DNA of 47,578 nt, from positions 16,134,420 through 16,181,997 of the forward strand of contig NC_057718.1 in NCBI RefSeq assembly GCF_004010195.1, given 5' to 3'. This DNA comes from Chiloscyllium plagiosum. Lineage: Eukaryota. A model generated the notes under the pieces. It did no database searches and was not told where the DNA came from. It was given only the letters and a program-made list of their open reading frames with translations. Within the stretch, counting starts at the first letter, position 1. Each line of letters opens with the position of its first letter. Both the position numbers and the translations under genes were made by a program. This document shows, piece by piece, positions 1 through 12,869 of this stretch.

Positions 1-9
1 TCCTTGGAA

Positions 10-392
10 CAAAGATGTTAACCTCAGTCTGTTCAATCTCTCTCCATAACTGAAACTCTGCAGCCTAGGCAAATTCCCTGTACACCCACTCCAGTGCAGT
101 CACATCACTCCTATAATGTGGATTTTAAAACTACACGCAACACTAGCTGTGGTCGACCCAACATTTTTATACAGTTCCAGCATCACCTCCCTGCTTTTAA
201 ATTCCTTGCCTCAGCTAATAAAGGCAAGTATCTCTTTATGCTGCCTTAACCACTTTATCCACTTGTCTGATACCTTAAAGGTCCACTGTACATGCATACC
301 AAGGTCCGTCTGATCCTTGGTGCTTCTCTTAATACTACAGTTGAGTATGCCTTGTTTGTCCTGCCCAAGTGCATCAGCCCCACGTTTATCCA
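10..392 (-). mobile_element. Old degenerate CR1 LINE fragment (3' part of ORF2)
   Basis: Collinear with the minus-strand CR1 copies at 14775-15060 and 47100-47350 (e.g. tagctgtggtcgacccaacattttatacagttccagcatcacctcc), with many stops. Confidence 0.65.
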
Positions 393-397
393 GACTG

Positions 398-530
398 AGA
401 AAGAACTGAGGCTGTTGTAAGTCAGAACCTGAGGGAGGATCATCAGATCCAAACATTAACTTTGTTTGATTTGTCTTCACATATGCTGCCACACCTGCTG
501 AGCTTTTCTAGCAACTTTTGTTTTTGTTTA
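398..530. mobile_element. Old Penelope-like terminal relic with decayed hammerhead-like core
   Basis: ctgagggaggatcatcagatccaaacattaac...atgctgccacacctgctgagcttttctagcaac resembles the PLE 3' terminus at 1952-2035. Confidence 0.5.
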
Positions 531-668
531 TCTAGGCTGACCCATTTGTCACTGATGAGCCCATCTGATCAGTCTGTCTATTTCCTTCTGTAATCGAAGG
601 TTATCCTCCGTGTTTAATCTGTGGTACAGAGAACATACTTATCCATCACCTGACGTCAATTTTTTTTT

Positions 669-966
669 TAGATTAGATTACTTAGTGTGGAAACAGGCCC
701 TTCGGCCCAACAAGTCCACGCCGAAGCGAAACCCACCCAGACCCATACCCCTACATTTACTCCTTCACCTAACACTACGGGCAATTTAGCGTGGCCAATT
801 CACCTAACCTGCACATTGTTGGATAGTGGGAGGAAACCGGAGCACCCGGAGGAAACCCACGCAGATACTGAGAATGTGCAAACTCCACACAGTCAGATGC
901 CTGAGGCGGGAATCGAACCTGGGACTCTGACGCTGTGAGGCAACAGTGCTAACCATGCTGCCCACT
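669..966 (-). mobile_element. HE1-type tRNA-derived SINE (V-SINE), full length
   Basis: Minus strand: A-box-like TGGTTAGCAC, B box GGTTCGATTCC, V-domain GGGTTTCCTCCGGGTGCTCCGGTTTCCTCCCAC, CR1-like 3' end and (AATCT)n tail. Confidence 0.92.
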
Positions 967-1269
967 AGTCCTTGTGATTGAACCTCAAATATCCTGAAAC
1001 TACTACTGCTGTTGGTGAAAAATGACAACTCTTGAGAGCATGGTTCAAGTAATGATTTTATTTGAGCAGATGCAGGAGAGGAGCTTATCTAGCTTATTCA
1101 AAGAACTTCAGGATACATTTATAATTCTCAACTTTATACGCCAGTCTGTGATCTCAACCCTTAGTCTGCTAGTTTCTATGTAGCTCAACTGTCTTGTCTG
1201 GTTTTCAGCCACCATTTAAGACAAACCTAATTGGGCTATCTGTACAAATACTATGGTGACAAGAGTAGT

Positions 1270-2205
1270 TAGACAGAGGCTAAGAATCCCGCAGTAAGTA
1301 ACTCTGATTAACTCCTGACTTCCCACAGCTGACTTAATACTTAAAAGGCACGATTCAGGAGTGAGATGGAATAGTCCTTACTTGCCTGAATGAGCGTTGT
1401 TGTAACATTGTTACTGTGCAAGACAAAACAGCCTGCTTGATTAGCAGCATTCACTCTGCACCGCTGATGCTCAGTAGTAGTATTGTGTACCATGAGATGC
1501 ACTTCAGAAATTGAGGTTCTTGGGCTGTACCTTTTAAACTCATGCGAGTTTAACATCTAGAAGGCTAAGATAGCAAATACATGGGAACACCACCACCTCC
1601 CACTCCGCCAAGGACATGCAGGTCCTTGGCCTCCTCCATCGCCAGACCATGGCAACACGACACCTGGAGGAAGAGTGCCCCATCTTCCACCTAGGAACCC
1701 TCCAACCACGAGGGATGAATGCAGATTTCTCCAGCTTCCTCACTCCCCCCCACCTTATCTCAGTCCCAGTCCTCGGACTCAGCACCGCCTTCTTGACCTG
1801 CAATCTTCTTCCCGACCTCTCCGCCCCACCCCCTCTCCGGCCTATCACCCTCACCTTAACTTCCTTCCACCTATCGCATTCCCAAAGCCCCTCCCCCAAG
1901 TCCCTCCTCCCTACTTTTTATCTTAGCCTGCTTGGCACACCCTCCTCATTCCTGAAGAAGGGCTTATGCCCGAAACATCGATTCTCCTGCTCCTTGGATG
2001 CTGCCTGACCTGCTGCGCTTTTCCAGCAACACATTTTTCAACACCACACCTGCAAGCTCTGTTCCAAGCCACGCACCATCCTGATTTGGAAATATATCAC
2101 AATTCCTTTGGTATGGCTGGGTTAAAATCCTGGAATACCTAACAGCATTGAATGGACTCTCTAGCTTCAAATAATGCTGATATTGCTAACGCTGATCTCC
2201 CTTAG
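1270..2205 (+). mobile_element. Old CR1/L2-group LINE 3' relic, split by a Penelope-like insertion
   Basis: aaggcacgattcaggagtgagatggaatagtcc (K..IRS.MEY-like RT C-terminus); host sequence gggaacaccaccacc resumes as acaccacacctgcaag at ~2041. Confidence 0.55.
1594..2040 (+). mobile_element. Penelope-like element, 5'-truncated (end of GIY-YIG domain plus 3' terminal repeat)
   Basis: Translation DMQVLGLLHRQTMATRHLEEECPIFHLGTLQPRGMNADFSSF is typical of a PLE GIY-YIG C-terminus; pyrimidine-rich UTR; hammerhead core at 1952-1979; aacaccac duplicated at the flanks. Confidence 0.85.
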
Positions 2206-2261
2206 TGCATGCCCTGTGCAATGCAACCTGTATGCCTCTGTCCAAGTCTTTTTGATTTGTA

Positions 2262-3740
2262 CATCCATGTGATATATATGGCCTTCAGTAAGGCGTTCGA
2301 CAATGTTCCCCATGGAAGACTGGTTAGGGAGGTTAGATCTCACAGAATACAGGGAGAACTAGCTATGTGGATAAAGAACTGGCTCAAAGGTAGAAGACAG
2401 AGGGTGGTGGTGGGGGTTGTTTCTCAGACTGGAGGCCTGTGACCAGTGGAGTGCCTTAAGGATCGGTGCTGGGTCCACTTCTTTTCGTCATTTGTATAAA
2501 TGATTTGGATGTGAGCATAAGAGGTATAGTTAGTTTGCAGATGACACCAGAATTGGAGGTTGAGTGGAGAGCAAAGAAGGTTACCTCAGATTACAACAGG
2601 ATCTTGACCAGATGGGTCAATGGGCCGAAAAGTAGAAGATGGAGTTTAATTTTGATAAATGCGAAGTGCTGCATTTGGGATAGCAAGTCAGCGTAGGACT
2701 TATACACATAATGGTAAGGTCCTAGGGAGTGTTGCTGAACAAAGAGACCTTGGAGTGCAGGTTCATAGTTCCTTGAAAGTGGAGTCGCAGATAGATAGGA
2801 TAGTGAAGGTGGTGTTTGGTATGCTTTCCTTTATTGGTCACAGTATTGAGTACAGGAGTGTTAGTGGGTGGCACAGTGGTTGGCACAGTGGTTAGCACTG
2901 CTGCCTCACAGCGCCAGAGACCCAGGTTCAATTCCCACCTCAGGCAACTCTGTGTGGAGTTTGCACATTCTCCCCGTGTCTGTGTGGGTTTCCTCCGGGT
3001 GCTCCGGTTTCCTCCCACAATCCAAAAATGTGCAGGTCAGGTGAATTGGCCATGCTAAATTGCCCGTAGTGTTAGGTGAAGGGGTAAATGTAGGAGAATG
3101 GGTCTGGGTGAGTTACGCTTCGGTGGGTCGGTGTGGACTGAAGGGCCTGTTTCCACACTGTGGGGAATCTAATCTAAGGAGTTGGAAGGTCATGTTGCGG
3201 CTGTACAGGACATTGGTTAGGCCACTGTTGGAATATTGCGTGCATTTTTGGTCTTCCTATTGGAAATATGTTGTGAAACTTGAAAGGATTCAGAAAGATT
3301 TACAAGGATGTTGCCAGGGTTGGGGGGGTTTGAGCTATAGGGAGAGGTTGAACAGGCTGGGGCTGTTTTCCCTGGAGCGTAGGGAGGTTTAGAAAATCAT
3401 GAATATGGATTGGATAAATAGACAAAGCCTTTTCTCTGGTGTGGGGGAGTCCAGAACTAGAGGGCATGGGTTTAGGGTGAGAGGGGAAAGATATAAAAGG
3501 GACCTAAGGGGCAACTTTTTCACACAAAGGGTGGTACGTGTATGGAATGAGCTGCCAGAGGAAGTGGTGGAGACTGGTACAATTGCAACATTTAAGAGGC
3601 ATTTGGATGGGTATATGAATAGGAAGGGATATGGGCCAGGTGCTGGCAGGTGGGACTAGATTGGGTTGGGATATCTGGTCGTTATGGGTGGGTTGGACAG
3701 AAGGATCTGTTTCCATGCTGTACATCTCTATGACTCTGAC
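2262..3740 (+). mobile_element. CR1 LINE, 5'-truncated, RT domain to 3' end (frameshifted)
   Basis: YMAFSKAFDNVPHGRL, LGPLLFVICINDLD, LYRTLVRPLLEYCVHFW, FFTQRVVRVWNELPEEVV; ctctatgactct tail. Confidence 0.93.
2860..3176 (+). mobile_element. HE1-type SINE nested in CR1
   Basis: TGGTTAGCAC...GGTTCAATTCC, V-domain, aatctaatcta tail; AGGAGT duplicated at 2854-2859 and 3177-3182. Confidence 0.92.
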
Positions 3741-3964
3741 ATCCTTGCTTACAATGATCCATTTATAAATACAACCTTTCACTGTACCTTGGTACACGTC
3801 ACAGCAAATCAATCAATCCGTAAGTAGCTATAGGGATGGTAGAGGAAATGCTTCATGGACTTCCAAAAACATCTCCTGAATAAACTCCGTTTCCTCACCA
3901 TTCATGGGAATTTATTGCCCAAGACTGCAAACTTGGTAAGGGATATCTGCAAAAATACCAATCG

Positions 3965-4100
3965 TTCTGAAAGATGTTTCCACTAGTTTGAATTTAGGAC
4001 CTGTGGGCATAGCCTCATAGTGAAGTGAAGACCCTTTAGAACTGAGGTAAAGAAGAATTTCTTCAACCAGAAGGTGGTTAATCTGTGGAACACATTGCCT
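3965..4100 (+). mobile_element. Short CR1 ORF2 3' fragment
   Basis: FRTEVKKNFFNQKVVNLWNTLP motif. Confidence 0.7.
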
Positions 4101-4439
4101 AATTCTTCTTTAAGTCATAAGGTAATTTCAAACATTTCTGGCAGACCCAAGTGGAGGACATACATAAGCAACCAAAGAGCATATACAAACATGAATGTCC
4201 TACCTACCTCCTCATCCAACACCAATTTAAAAAGATTTGAGACCATTGGCTTGGTTCATAGCACTCTTTTCTCTTGGGGGGAGGGGGGGGAAGGAAAAAG
4301 AATTAGGGATGTGTGATAATGTGACACTGGATAGCAACTGAAGTACTTCTAGGAAACAGAGCTCAGAATGGTGCAAATATGGACTTGCGTGCACACTTGT
4401 ACACGTACAATTTGAGCACAAAATTCTATGCCACTAGCT

Positions 4440-4690
4440 CAGTACAGTGCTAAGAGTTAAGACATTGTCCTATCTTTGCTCTCAGGTGGATATTAAATAT
4501 CTTGTAACAAGAACAGGAAGTTTTTGCTATTGTCCTGGCCCACAATTATTCCTCAGTATACATAGATCATCTGGTTGTCACATTCCTGTTTGGAGGAGCT
4601 TGCCCTTCACAAGTTGGTGTTGTGGTTCTAACTGTGCAACAGAGATTATAGAAAGTCTTTAATTACTCATTGAGAAGTACTTGACATTAT
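4440..4690 (+). mobile_element. Ancient Deu-domain SINE relic (SacSINE1/AmnSINE1-like)
   Basis: ctctcaggtggatattaaatatc...tgtcctggcccacaattattcctca...tctggttgtcacattcctgtttggaggagcttgc matches my recollection of the Deu domain; highly diverged. Confidence 0.55.
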
Positions 4691-6248
4691 GCCTGAATGG
4701 TCTCACTCTAATTTTAAGGTTCTTCTTGCTGTTCTTGATTTCTCTGCCAGATAAGAGAGTTCCTCTTTCTTTACCCTATCAAATACTTTAAATGAGCAAC
4801 ACTACATGCAATTCATGTGTGTTTCTCATATTTATCATATGAAGCTGTTACTTTGTAAAATTCCTATCAAATTAATGTGTTTCTCCATTGAATCAAGGTT
4901 ATTGGTCTTTTGCGTATATTTTAATGGCAGGAAAATGCTGTTATTTCAATCAGATTGACCTGGATGTCTGTTAGAAACCAATAGTAACTACAAGGCTCCC
5001 AGCTGCAAGCTTTTTAACACCATGTTAAGATCCCCAAGTCTCATTTAGCTCAGAGTCATGCTCAAACTAACAATAACCACAGGGTTCAGGAACTGAATCA
5101 CTGCACACCATATGTCCCTTCCATTTGGGGCACTGAAAACAGACAGATTATTTTACTTATGCCATGAAGCAGGCTATTGGGAAATGAAATGAATAGTTTT
5201 GCATCCCATATAGAGCTTCATCTTTTACATCTCATCAGTTGCACTTCATTTTTGAAGTACCAATGTACTGATTTTAAAATACATTAAGACGTTTAGATGC
5301 ATCCTAAAAGATTTACACATCATAGAAATGTGCTTGTCTGTAAAGGAGCAGTTTATTTTATCTGGGCAACATTAGCTCTCTGGTGCACACCCGACATGAC
5401 ATATGCCATCAGTAACCAAGAGGGAGAGCTGTTGGGCAATATGCTTCGAAACTACAAAATTATACTTCAAAGTCAGTGACTAAAAATTGAGCCAATGTGG
5501 CTTAGTCAGACTTTTAAACCTTTTAATTTTGTTTTGTTGCGTTTAGAATGTTACCATAGTGGTGGTATCTATCATAATAGATCTCATGACAACCTGTCTC
5601 AAGCATATTAGTCTAATTAATCATAGAAATTCAGTTTTTTTTTCTTACCATATTTGTAGCTACTAATTCTCATGATCTGGTATACAAATCTTAGTATGTT
5701 GCACATAATGCTGACCTGTTCTCTTGTCACTTCAGGGCTCATGTTCAATTTTTTCACCAGATCCAACAGGAAGGAAGAATGATTAGTGTGAGGTATCTAT
5801 GCTGGTGGATTTGGTTTGCACCTGCAAAACCATTAGTTTATTTTTAACAGGGATGGAGAAGAAACAAACTGAAGTAGTTGAAGTGAATGCCTTCATAGTC
5901 CACTGGCCAACTTGATGGAGGTAGTGGCAACATTCTCCTTCACTGGTATCAAACTGCCTGCAAGTAGTGATTTGAACATGCAGATGTAAAAAAAAACCTA
6001 CAATAAAGCTGTGTAATCTTAAAGAAGGTAATCACTATTTTGGTCTCTGTATAGAAGATAACACTTTGTCACTTCCTTCATCCTTTGGCATGGTTATATC
6101 AATTGTAATTCATTTTTGAAGTAATGGTTTACATGTTTTAAGAAGTTTAGATGCATGCAAAATTGCTAGGTGATTTGAAGAAAATTGTTAAAGGCTGTAC
6201 TGTCCTTGTTATTGCACCATTACTTTCATATTTAATCTTGTGAAACCA

Positions 6249-6409
6249 GGGATGTGCAGGTTAGGTGAATTGGCCATGCTAAATTGCCCGTAGTGTTAGG
6301 TGAAGGGGTAAATGTAGGGGAATGGGTCTGGATGGGTTGCGCTTCGGCGGGTCGGTGTGGACTTGTTGGGCCAAAGGGCCTGTTTCCACACTGTAAGTAA
6401 TCTAATCTA
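6249..6409 (+). mobile_element. HE1-type SINE, 3' half
   Basis: Near-identical to 3030-3176, ends taatctaatcta. Confidence 0.9.
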
Positions 6410-6848
6410 CCCCTGAGTTGCTTTATATAGGAACAGGTATTGGCCATTCAGCCCCTTGAGCCTGCTCCACAAAATAAGGTTATGGCTGATCTGTGGCCTA
6501 ACTCCATATGCCTGTCTTGGGCCCATATCCATTGTTACTTTTGCTTTTAATATAAAAAAAAGTCTATGTCAGATTTAAATTGAACAATTAAGTTAACATT
6601 TAACAATTAAATTAGCACTGACAGCTGTTTGAGGTCAGGAGATCCAAGCCTTCACTACTTTTTCCATGTAGAAGTACTTTCTAACAATTCTGCTGAATGG
6701 CCTAATTCTTCGACTATGCCCCTTGGTTCTAGAATCTTCAATCAGTGGAAATAGTATACCTTTAACTATTCTGTCTCTCACTGTTAATAACTTGAAGACT
6801 TTTTGATTAATTCACCTGTTAACCTTCTAAATTCTGGAGAGTAAAGAC

Positions 6849-7455
6849 CAATGCACTTGCTTTATTGGGCAGTGCATAGAGTATAGGAGTTGGGAGGTCT
6901 TGTTGCATTTGTATAGAATATTGGTTAGGCCGCCTTTGGAATACTGTGTTCAATTCTGCTCTCCCTGCTGTAGGAAAGTTGTTGTGAAACTTGAAAGGGT
7001 TCAGAAAAGATTTACAAGAATGTTGGTGGGTTTGACCTGTAAGGAGAGGCTGAATAGGCTAGCGCTATTTTCTCTGGAGTGTCGGAGGCTGAGGGGTGAC
7101 CTTCTAGAGGTTTATAAAATCAATGAGTTGCATGGATAGGGTGATTAGCCAAGGTCGTTTCCCCAGGGTAGGGGAGTCCAAAGCTAGAGGGTATAGGTTT
7201 AAGGTGAGAGAGGAAAGATTTAAAAAGGCCCAACAAACAACCCTTGAATGCAAAGGGGGTGGAGGTGGGGAGTGTATATGGAATGAGTTGCCGGAAGTAG
7301 TGGTGGAGGCGGGAACAATAAAAACATTTATAAGGCATTTGGATGCATAAATGATTAGGAAGGGTTTGGAAGGATATGGGACTAAATATATCTAGGATAT
7401 GTTGGCATGGATGAGTTGTTTGAAGGGTCTGTTTCCTGCTGTACATCTGACTCTA
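6849..7455 (+). mobile_element. CR1 LINE 3' fragment
   Basis: LYRILVRPPLEYCVQF, LERVQKRFTRM, RRLRGDLLEVYKI, WNELPEVVVEAG. Confidence 0.9.
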
Positions 7456-7795
7456 ATCTGTCTAATCTGTCCTTTGGACTTCAGGGGTTAAGATACAGAT
7501 ATCATTCCTATATACCTGCTCTGAATACCCTCCGAAGCAAAACATTAGTTTTAAGGTGTGGCACCCAGATCTGCTCATAGTAGCTTAAGTGGAGTTGAAC
7601 TGGGATTTTGTATAACTGCAGCAAACATCTGCATCCTTATACTCTAGAATGTACTCTAGTATTTTAGATTCCAGCCTTCATATCAATTAGTTGCCTGAAT
7701 TATTATTTTCTGGATCTGTTCATGGCATTTTAAGGAGCTATGCACCTGAGACCCCAAATCTCATTGGACATTCACTGTTTTTACCTCAAAAGTTA

Positions 7796-9046
7796 AATAT
7801 AATGACTGCAGATGCTGGAAACCAGATTCTGGATTAGTGGTGCTGGAAGAGCACAGCAGTTCAGGCAGCATCCAAGGAGCTTCAAAATCGACATTTCGGA
7901 CAAAAACCCTTCATCAGGAATAAAGGCAGTGAGCCTGAAGTGTGGAGAGATAAGCGAGAGGAGGGTAGGGGTGGGGAGAAAGTAGCATGGAGTACAATGG
8001 GTGAGTGGGGGAGGGGATGAAGGTGATAGGTCAGGGAGGAGAGGGTGGAGTGGATAGGTGGAAAAGGAGATAGGCAGGTAGGACAAGCCCGGACAAGTCA
8101 TGGGGACAGTGCTGAGCTGGAAGTTTAGAACTAGGGTGAGGTGGGGGAAGGGGAAATGAGGAAACTGTTGAANNNNNNNNNNNNNNNNNNNNNNNNNNNN
8201 NNNNNNNNNNNNNNNNNNNNNNNNNNNTGGATTTGCAGGTAAAACTTTGATGGATGTGGAAAGCTCCTTTGGGGCCTTGGATAGAGGTGAGGGAGGAGGT
8301 GTGGGCGCTGGTTTTACAGTTCCTGCGGTGGCAGGGGAAAGTGCCAGGATGGGAGGGTGGGTCGTAGGGGGGCGTGGACCTGACCAGGTAGTCACGGAGG
8401 GAGCGGTCTTTGCGGAAGGCGGAGAGGGGTGGGGAGGGAAATATATCCCTGGTGGTGGGGTCTGTTTGGAGGTGGCGGAAATGTTGGCGGATGATTTGGT
8501 TTATGCGGAGGTTGGTAGGGTGGAAGGTGAGGAGCAGGGGGGTTCTGTCCTTGTTGCGGTTGGAGGGGTTTGGTCTGAGGGCGGAGGTGCGGGATGTAGA
8601 CGAGATGTGTTGGAGGGCATCTTTAACCACGTGGGAAGGGAAATTGCGGTCTCTAAAGAAGGTGGCCATCTGGTGTGTTCTGTGGTGGAACTGGTCCTCC
8701 TGGGAGCAGATACAGTGAAGGCGGAGGAATTGGGAATATGGGGTGGCATTTTTGCAGGAGGTAGGGTGGGAAGAGGTGTAATCCAGGTAGCTGTGGGAGT
8801 CGGTGGGTTTGTAAAAATTGTTGGTGTCAAGTCGGTCGTCATTAATGGAGATGGAGAGGTCCAGGAAGGGGAGGGAGGTGTCCGAGATGGTCCAGGTAAA
8901 TTTAAGGTCAGGGTGGAATGTGTTGGTGAAGTTGATGAATTGCTCAACCTCCTCGCGGGAGCACGAGGTGGCGTCAATGCAGTCATCAATGTAGCGGATG
9001 AAGAGGTGGGGAGTGGTGCCAGTGTAATTACGGAAGATCAACTGCT
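7796..9046 (-). mobile_element. Penelope-like element: RT C-terminal half, linker and 3' terminal repeat (GIY-YIG falls in the N gap)
   Basis: Open frame 9041-8228 with RYIDD, LPFLDL, YKPTDSH..LDYTSSHP, and C..CKT linker; hammerhead core CTGATGAAGGG-TTTTTG-TCCGAAATGTC on the minus strand at ~7890-7917. Confidence 0.93.
8173..8227. other. Assembly gap (55 N)
   Basis: Run of N. Confidence 1.
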
Positions 9047-10149
9047 TTAACTTTATGCCTTCTTAAAAATATCCTGATCTATCTGTTGGTCCAAAATCGA
9101 TAATCTCACACTTATATTAAAATCCATCTACCACAGGTTTGCCCATTCACTTAATCTATCAATATCCCGTTGTAATTTTATGTTGTTAACCCTGCCTCCA
9201 ATGTTGACCAATTTTGTGTTGTCAGTAAACTTGGATATTTGACTTTTTTAACGTCATTAATGTATATTATGAATAATTGAGGCCCCAACACACATCCCTG
9301 TGAGGCTCCACTAGTCATGTCCTGCCAATTCGAATACTTGCCTATTTTTCCAACTGTTTCCTGTCACTCAAACACTTTCCTATCCATGTCAATAATTTGC
9401 CCTCAATCCTGTGGGCCTCCACTTCTAGCTTAGTTTCTTGTATGGGACTTTATCATAATGCATTCTGGAAATCCATATAAACACAATACATCAACTTACC
9501 TCTGTCTATCACCATTGTCACTTCTTTGAAAACTGAGGTTTGTCAGTCGTGACCTCCCCTTCATGACCATCCCTGACTGAATCTTTTTGAGCTGTTCAGT
9601 TATCCTATTCTTGATTATATTCCCCACCACAGATGTCATGCTAACTGATCTGTAATTTCCTGGCTTCCCTCTGTCACCCTTTTAAAGAATGGAGTGATTT
9701 AAGCAAATTTGCAATCTAGTAGTATAACCCCTGAATCCAGGGAACGATGAAACATTATGGTTAGTATATTGGGAATGTGCTCTCCTTTAACACCTGTGGA
9801 TGAAAGCCATTAAGATTCTGGGGATTTGTTACTTTTCAGTTTCATTAATTTCCCCAGTATTGATTTACTTAAGCCAATTTATTAGATTCTGCCCCTGATC
9901 CTCTTAATCTTTTTGGGATTTCTGGCAAGTTATCCTCCTTTCCTGCTGTGAATACTGAAACAAATCAAAAATTTAGGTACTCTTATAAGCCACTTTTTGT
10001 CCCATTCTGTGGGATCTGTACTGTTCTTTGCATCTTTATAAGCCCTTTCTTTTAATTTTATGCTATCCCTTACCATCTCAGATGTCTGTGGTATTTTTCT
10101 TGAGGTGGAACTTTTCCTTCACATGGGTACAAACTGTTGTCTCTCCATT

Positions 10150-10377
10150 CCATGATGACCATGGTACCACTGCCAATCATCGGGAAAAAAAAAACATTTG
10201 GGTCACTAATGTCCTCCAGGGAGGAAACCTGCTGCCCTCACTGGTCTGACCTATCTGTGAATCCAGACTCTCTCAATATTATTGACTCTGAACTGTCCTC
10301 ACTTAGTTCAAGGGCAGTTAGGGATAAATCCTGGTCAGCCAGTGACACCAGTTTCCCACAAGTGAATATAAAAAAAG
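10150..10377 (+). mobile_element. 3' part of a second tRNA-derived SINE family (same as 20148-20543)
   Basis: Shared gtcactaatgtcc...gaatccagac...gggcagtta...tgaat with an A-rich end. Confidence 0.65.
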
Positions 10378-11268
10378 TACGGCACAAAAACAGACCTTTC
10401 AGCCCACTATGTCTGTGCTGAGCATGATGCTATGTTAAACTAATCCCCCCCTACCTGCAGACGGTCCTTATCCCTCTATTCCCTGTCTATTCATGTCTTT
10501 CTAAATGCATCTTAAATGTTACTATCCTATCTGCTCCTAATTCTTCACATGGTAAAGTGTAAAGATACCTACCAAACTCTCTTTTATATATAAAAAAACC
10601 CTGTGTTGCGCATCTCCTTTAAACTTTCCTTCTCGGTCCTTACATCTGTGCCCCCCCTACTTTTTGACATTTCCACCTTGGAGGAAAAAGATCTCCACAA
10701 TATCTATGTCTCATGTTTTATATACTTCTATCTGTCTGGTTCTATCTATATATTCTGTATAATCTTATCAGGTCACCTCAGTCTTGGATGCTCCAGAGAA
10801 AACAATTCATGTTTGTCCAATCTCCAATACACTCCAATTCAGGCAACATCCATGGGAACTATCAATATTTTCTCCAATGTCTCCTTCATATAGTGTGTAA
10901 CCAGAACTGTGCACAATATTCTAAATGTGGCTGAACTAACTATATAGTCCCAATATCACTTGTAAACTTTTTATACTCAATGCCCTGACTGAAGTTATGT
11001 AAGCCTTCTTCACCACTTTATCCACTTCTGTTGCCACTTTGAGGAAGCTGTGGATTTACTCCCCAAGATCCCTCTGCATTATCAATGCACCTTAGGGTCC
11101 AACCATTTATTGGATACTTTCCTCTTGCATTTGATCTCCCATAATGCATCACCTTACATATGTCTGCCTATCTTTCCAACTGATCTATATCCTGCTGTAT
11201 CCTTTGACAACCTTCCTCATCCTCCACAACTACACCAATTTCTGTATCATCTGCAAACTGGCTAATCA
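10378..11268 (-). mobile_element. Old CR1 LINE 3' fragment
   Basis: Tail acagacctttcagcccac; ccagaactgtgcacaatattct (EYCAQFW); gtatcatctgcaaac (FADD). Confidence 0.75.
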
Positions 11269-11279
11269 GCCTAGAAGAA

Positions 11280-11715
11280 ATGTCCTGATTCTTGGCATCA
11301 GAGAGGCAGCACATTTGGGACTGTCTTTGCTGCAGAGAACAGGATCCAATGCTCTAACTATGTTATACTTGCAACACATTTCTTTCTCATCCATTGAAAT
11401 GGCACTCAGGGCCATGGTAGTATGGTCAGTTCACTCATCATCCCTGCAGCATGTGCCCTCACTCGCTCTGAGTGAGATCTTCATACCTTTTGGATAAGGG
11501 TAGTGTTTGAGGCTCCTCCAGAGCTAAATTTTGGATCTCTGTATGTGCCTCATTCACAGTCGCACTCTCCTGTCCCTGGCCACAGAACATGTTTGATGTA
11601 GTTATTTAAGGGTATGATTGCCCTCTCAAACTTGCTGCAAGAGTGGTCGCTCTGGTTCACATTGGTGTTTCAGAGCTCGCACATACTACAACTGCAACAT
11701 TCATCTGCCCAGTCA
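11280..11715 (-). mobile_element. Degenerate CR1 ORF1 relic
   Basis: Minus strand gaatgttgcagttgtagtatgtgcgagct gives ECCSCSMCEL, a zinc-finger start; tgtgctgcctctctgatgccaag resembles the esterase CC.PGA block. Confidence 0.45.
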
Positions 11716-11759
11716 TCTGTATTCACTTATATATAACATCTAAATTAATTTTTAACATT

Positions 11760-12826
11760 TGTGAGATATAACCTTCAATTGTAATATTGTTTCCTGATTT
11801 AAATGAGTTGGCCTATTGAAAGACACAAAGATATACCCACCATTCATCTGCATGTTTTCCTGTGATGTCACACATTGGGTCTTAAAGAACGAACAAATTG
11901 AAGTGCTCTCTGCCGGTTTTTATCTTCTGCTATGGCCATCCTCACACAGGTCTGCTCTTCTCTTTATGAAGCTAACCAGTTCTCTCTCATTTGTGAAGCT
12001 GCTGACTCCTGTCTTTCTCCTGCCTTATTTTGTGAAGCTGCTGTCTCTGCTCTTTCGCACTGTTTCAGAAGCACACGCTTCTCCCCATCTTGCCCAGTCT
12101 GCTTCGCAGTGATGCTGACTTGCACACTCCCTTTTCTCCACTTTGTAGTGATGCTGACTCTCTGCACGTTATTCCCATGTTAATGGAAGTTTGATTTTAC
12201 TGTTGGAGTTTATGATAGAGTAAGGACATTGGCCATTAGCTTACAGTTTTTTTTAAAGAAAACTTTTTTAAATCTCTTAGTTCAAAGCTTTTGGATGGTT
12301 CATAGGAGACCAGTTGGGATCAGTAGCAAGTTTAATCTCTTAGAAAAAAGATAATTCACAGCTGTTGAGGAAATAAGTTACTTCATTGTAGTTTGTGAAG
12401 CTTCCAGACCAGAAGTGTTTGAATAGAACTTTGCTGATTATTAGAAAACTGAAAAAAATATAAGCTGTTAGGTATATGAATATTTAAGCAAAAGGTTTTG
12501 CAGCTTACAGAATTGGAAGTGAAAAGAGATAATTTTGATACAAATTTGATAGATTTTTAAAAAAAATAGTTTTTTGAATAACTTTTTAATATGATGGTAT
12601 TGGGCTGTAGATAAGAATTTGTTTTGCCATGTGTTTTGAAATATTTTACATTGTCATGCATGGTTGCTGTTTTAAACAATAAGACAGAAGTTTATACCAA
12701 AATCTGCAGCCTTGTGCTTATGTGAAAGGCCACCATGGTAAATTTAAAGAAGAATCAATATGTAATCTACCATATTTCATTCTGACACCTGACTTGTCCA
12801 GTAATAACATCTGTTAGGCTCATAAT
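11760..12826 (+). mobile_element. Possible solo LTR related to the LTR at 24149-25013
   Basis: 3' end (aatctgcagccttgtg...ctgacttgtccagtaataacatc) resembles the reverse complement of 24150-24290 (aatctgcaacattgtg...ctgacttgcccaataacatc); left boundary is a guess. Confidence 0.4.
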
Positions 12827-12869
12827 TTCCCATGTGTTACGATGCAAGTTGATATTCTTGGATAAGTCA

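Larger units (their letters stand above)
6426..9965 (-). mobile_element. Old CR1 LINE interrupted by a younger CR1 (6849-7455) and a PLE (7796-9046)
   Basis: CR1-type tail ataggaacagg...ggccattcagccccttgagcctgctcc at 6426; RT remnants on the minus strand (KFTDNTKL near 9210-9235, YMDFQNAL near 9460-9480). Confidence 0.65.

Noticed and set aside
669..966. tRNA genes suggested by A/B boxes here and at 2860, 13880, 20150, 32200, 45884
   Set aside because: These are SINE heads followed by SINE bodies and tails, with no complete cloverleaf
8247..9050. 267-aa plus-strand ORF
   Set aside because: Gly/Val/Glu-rich antisense shadow of the PLE RT frame
11960..12170. Imperfect repeats of gtga(a/t)gctg
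   Set aside because: Short degenerate minisatellite inside a probable LTR relic; no further structure
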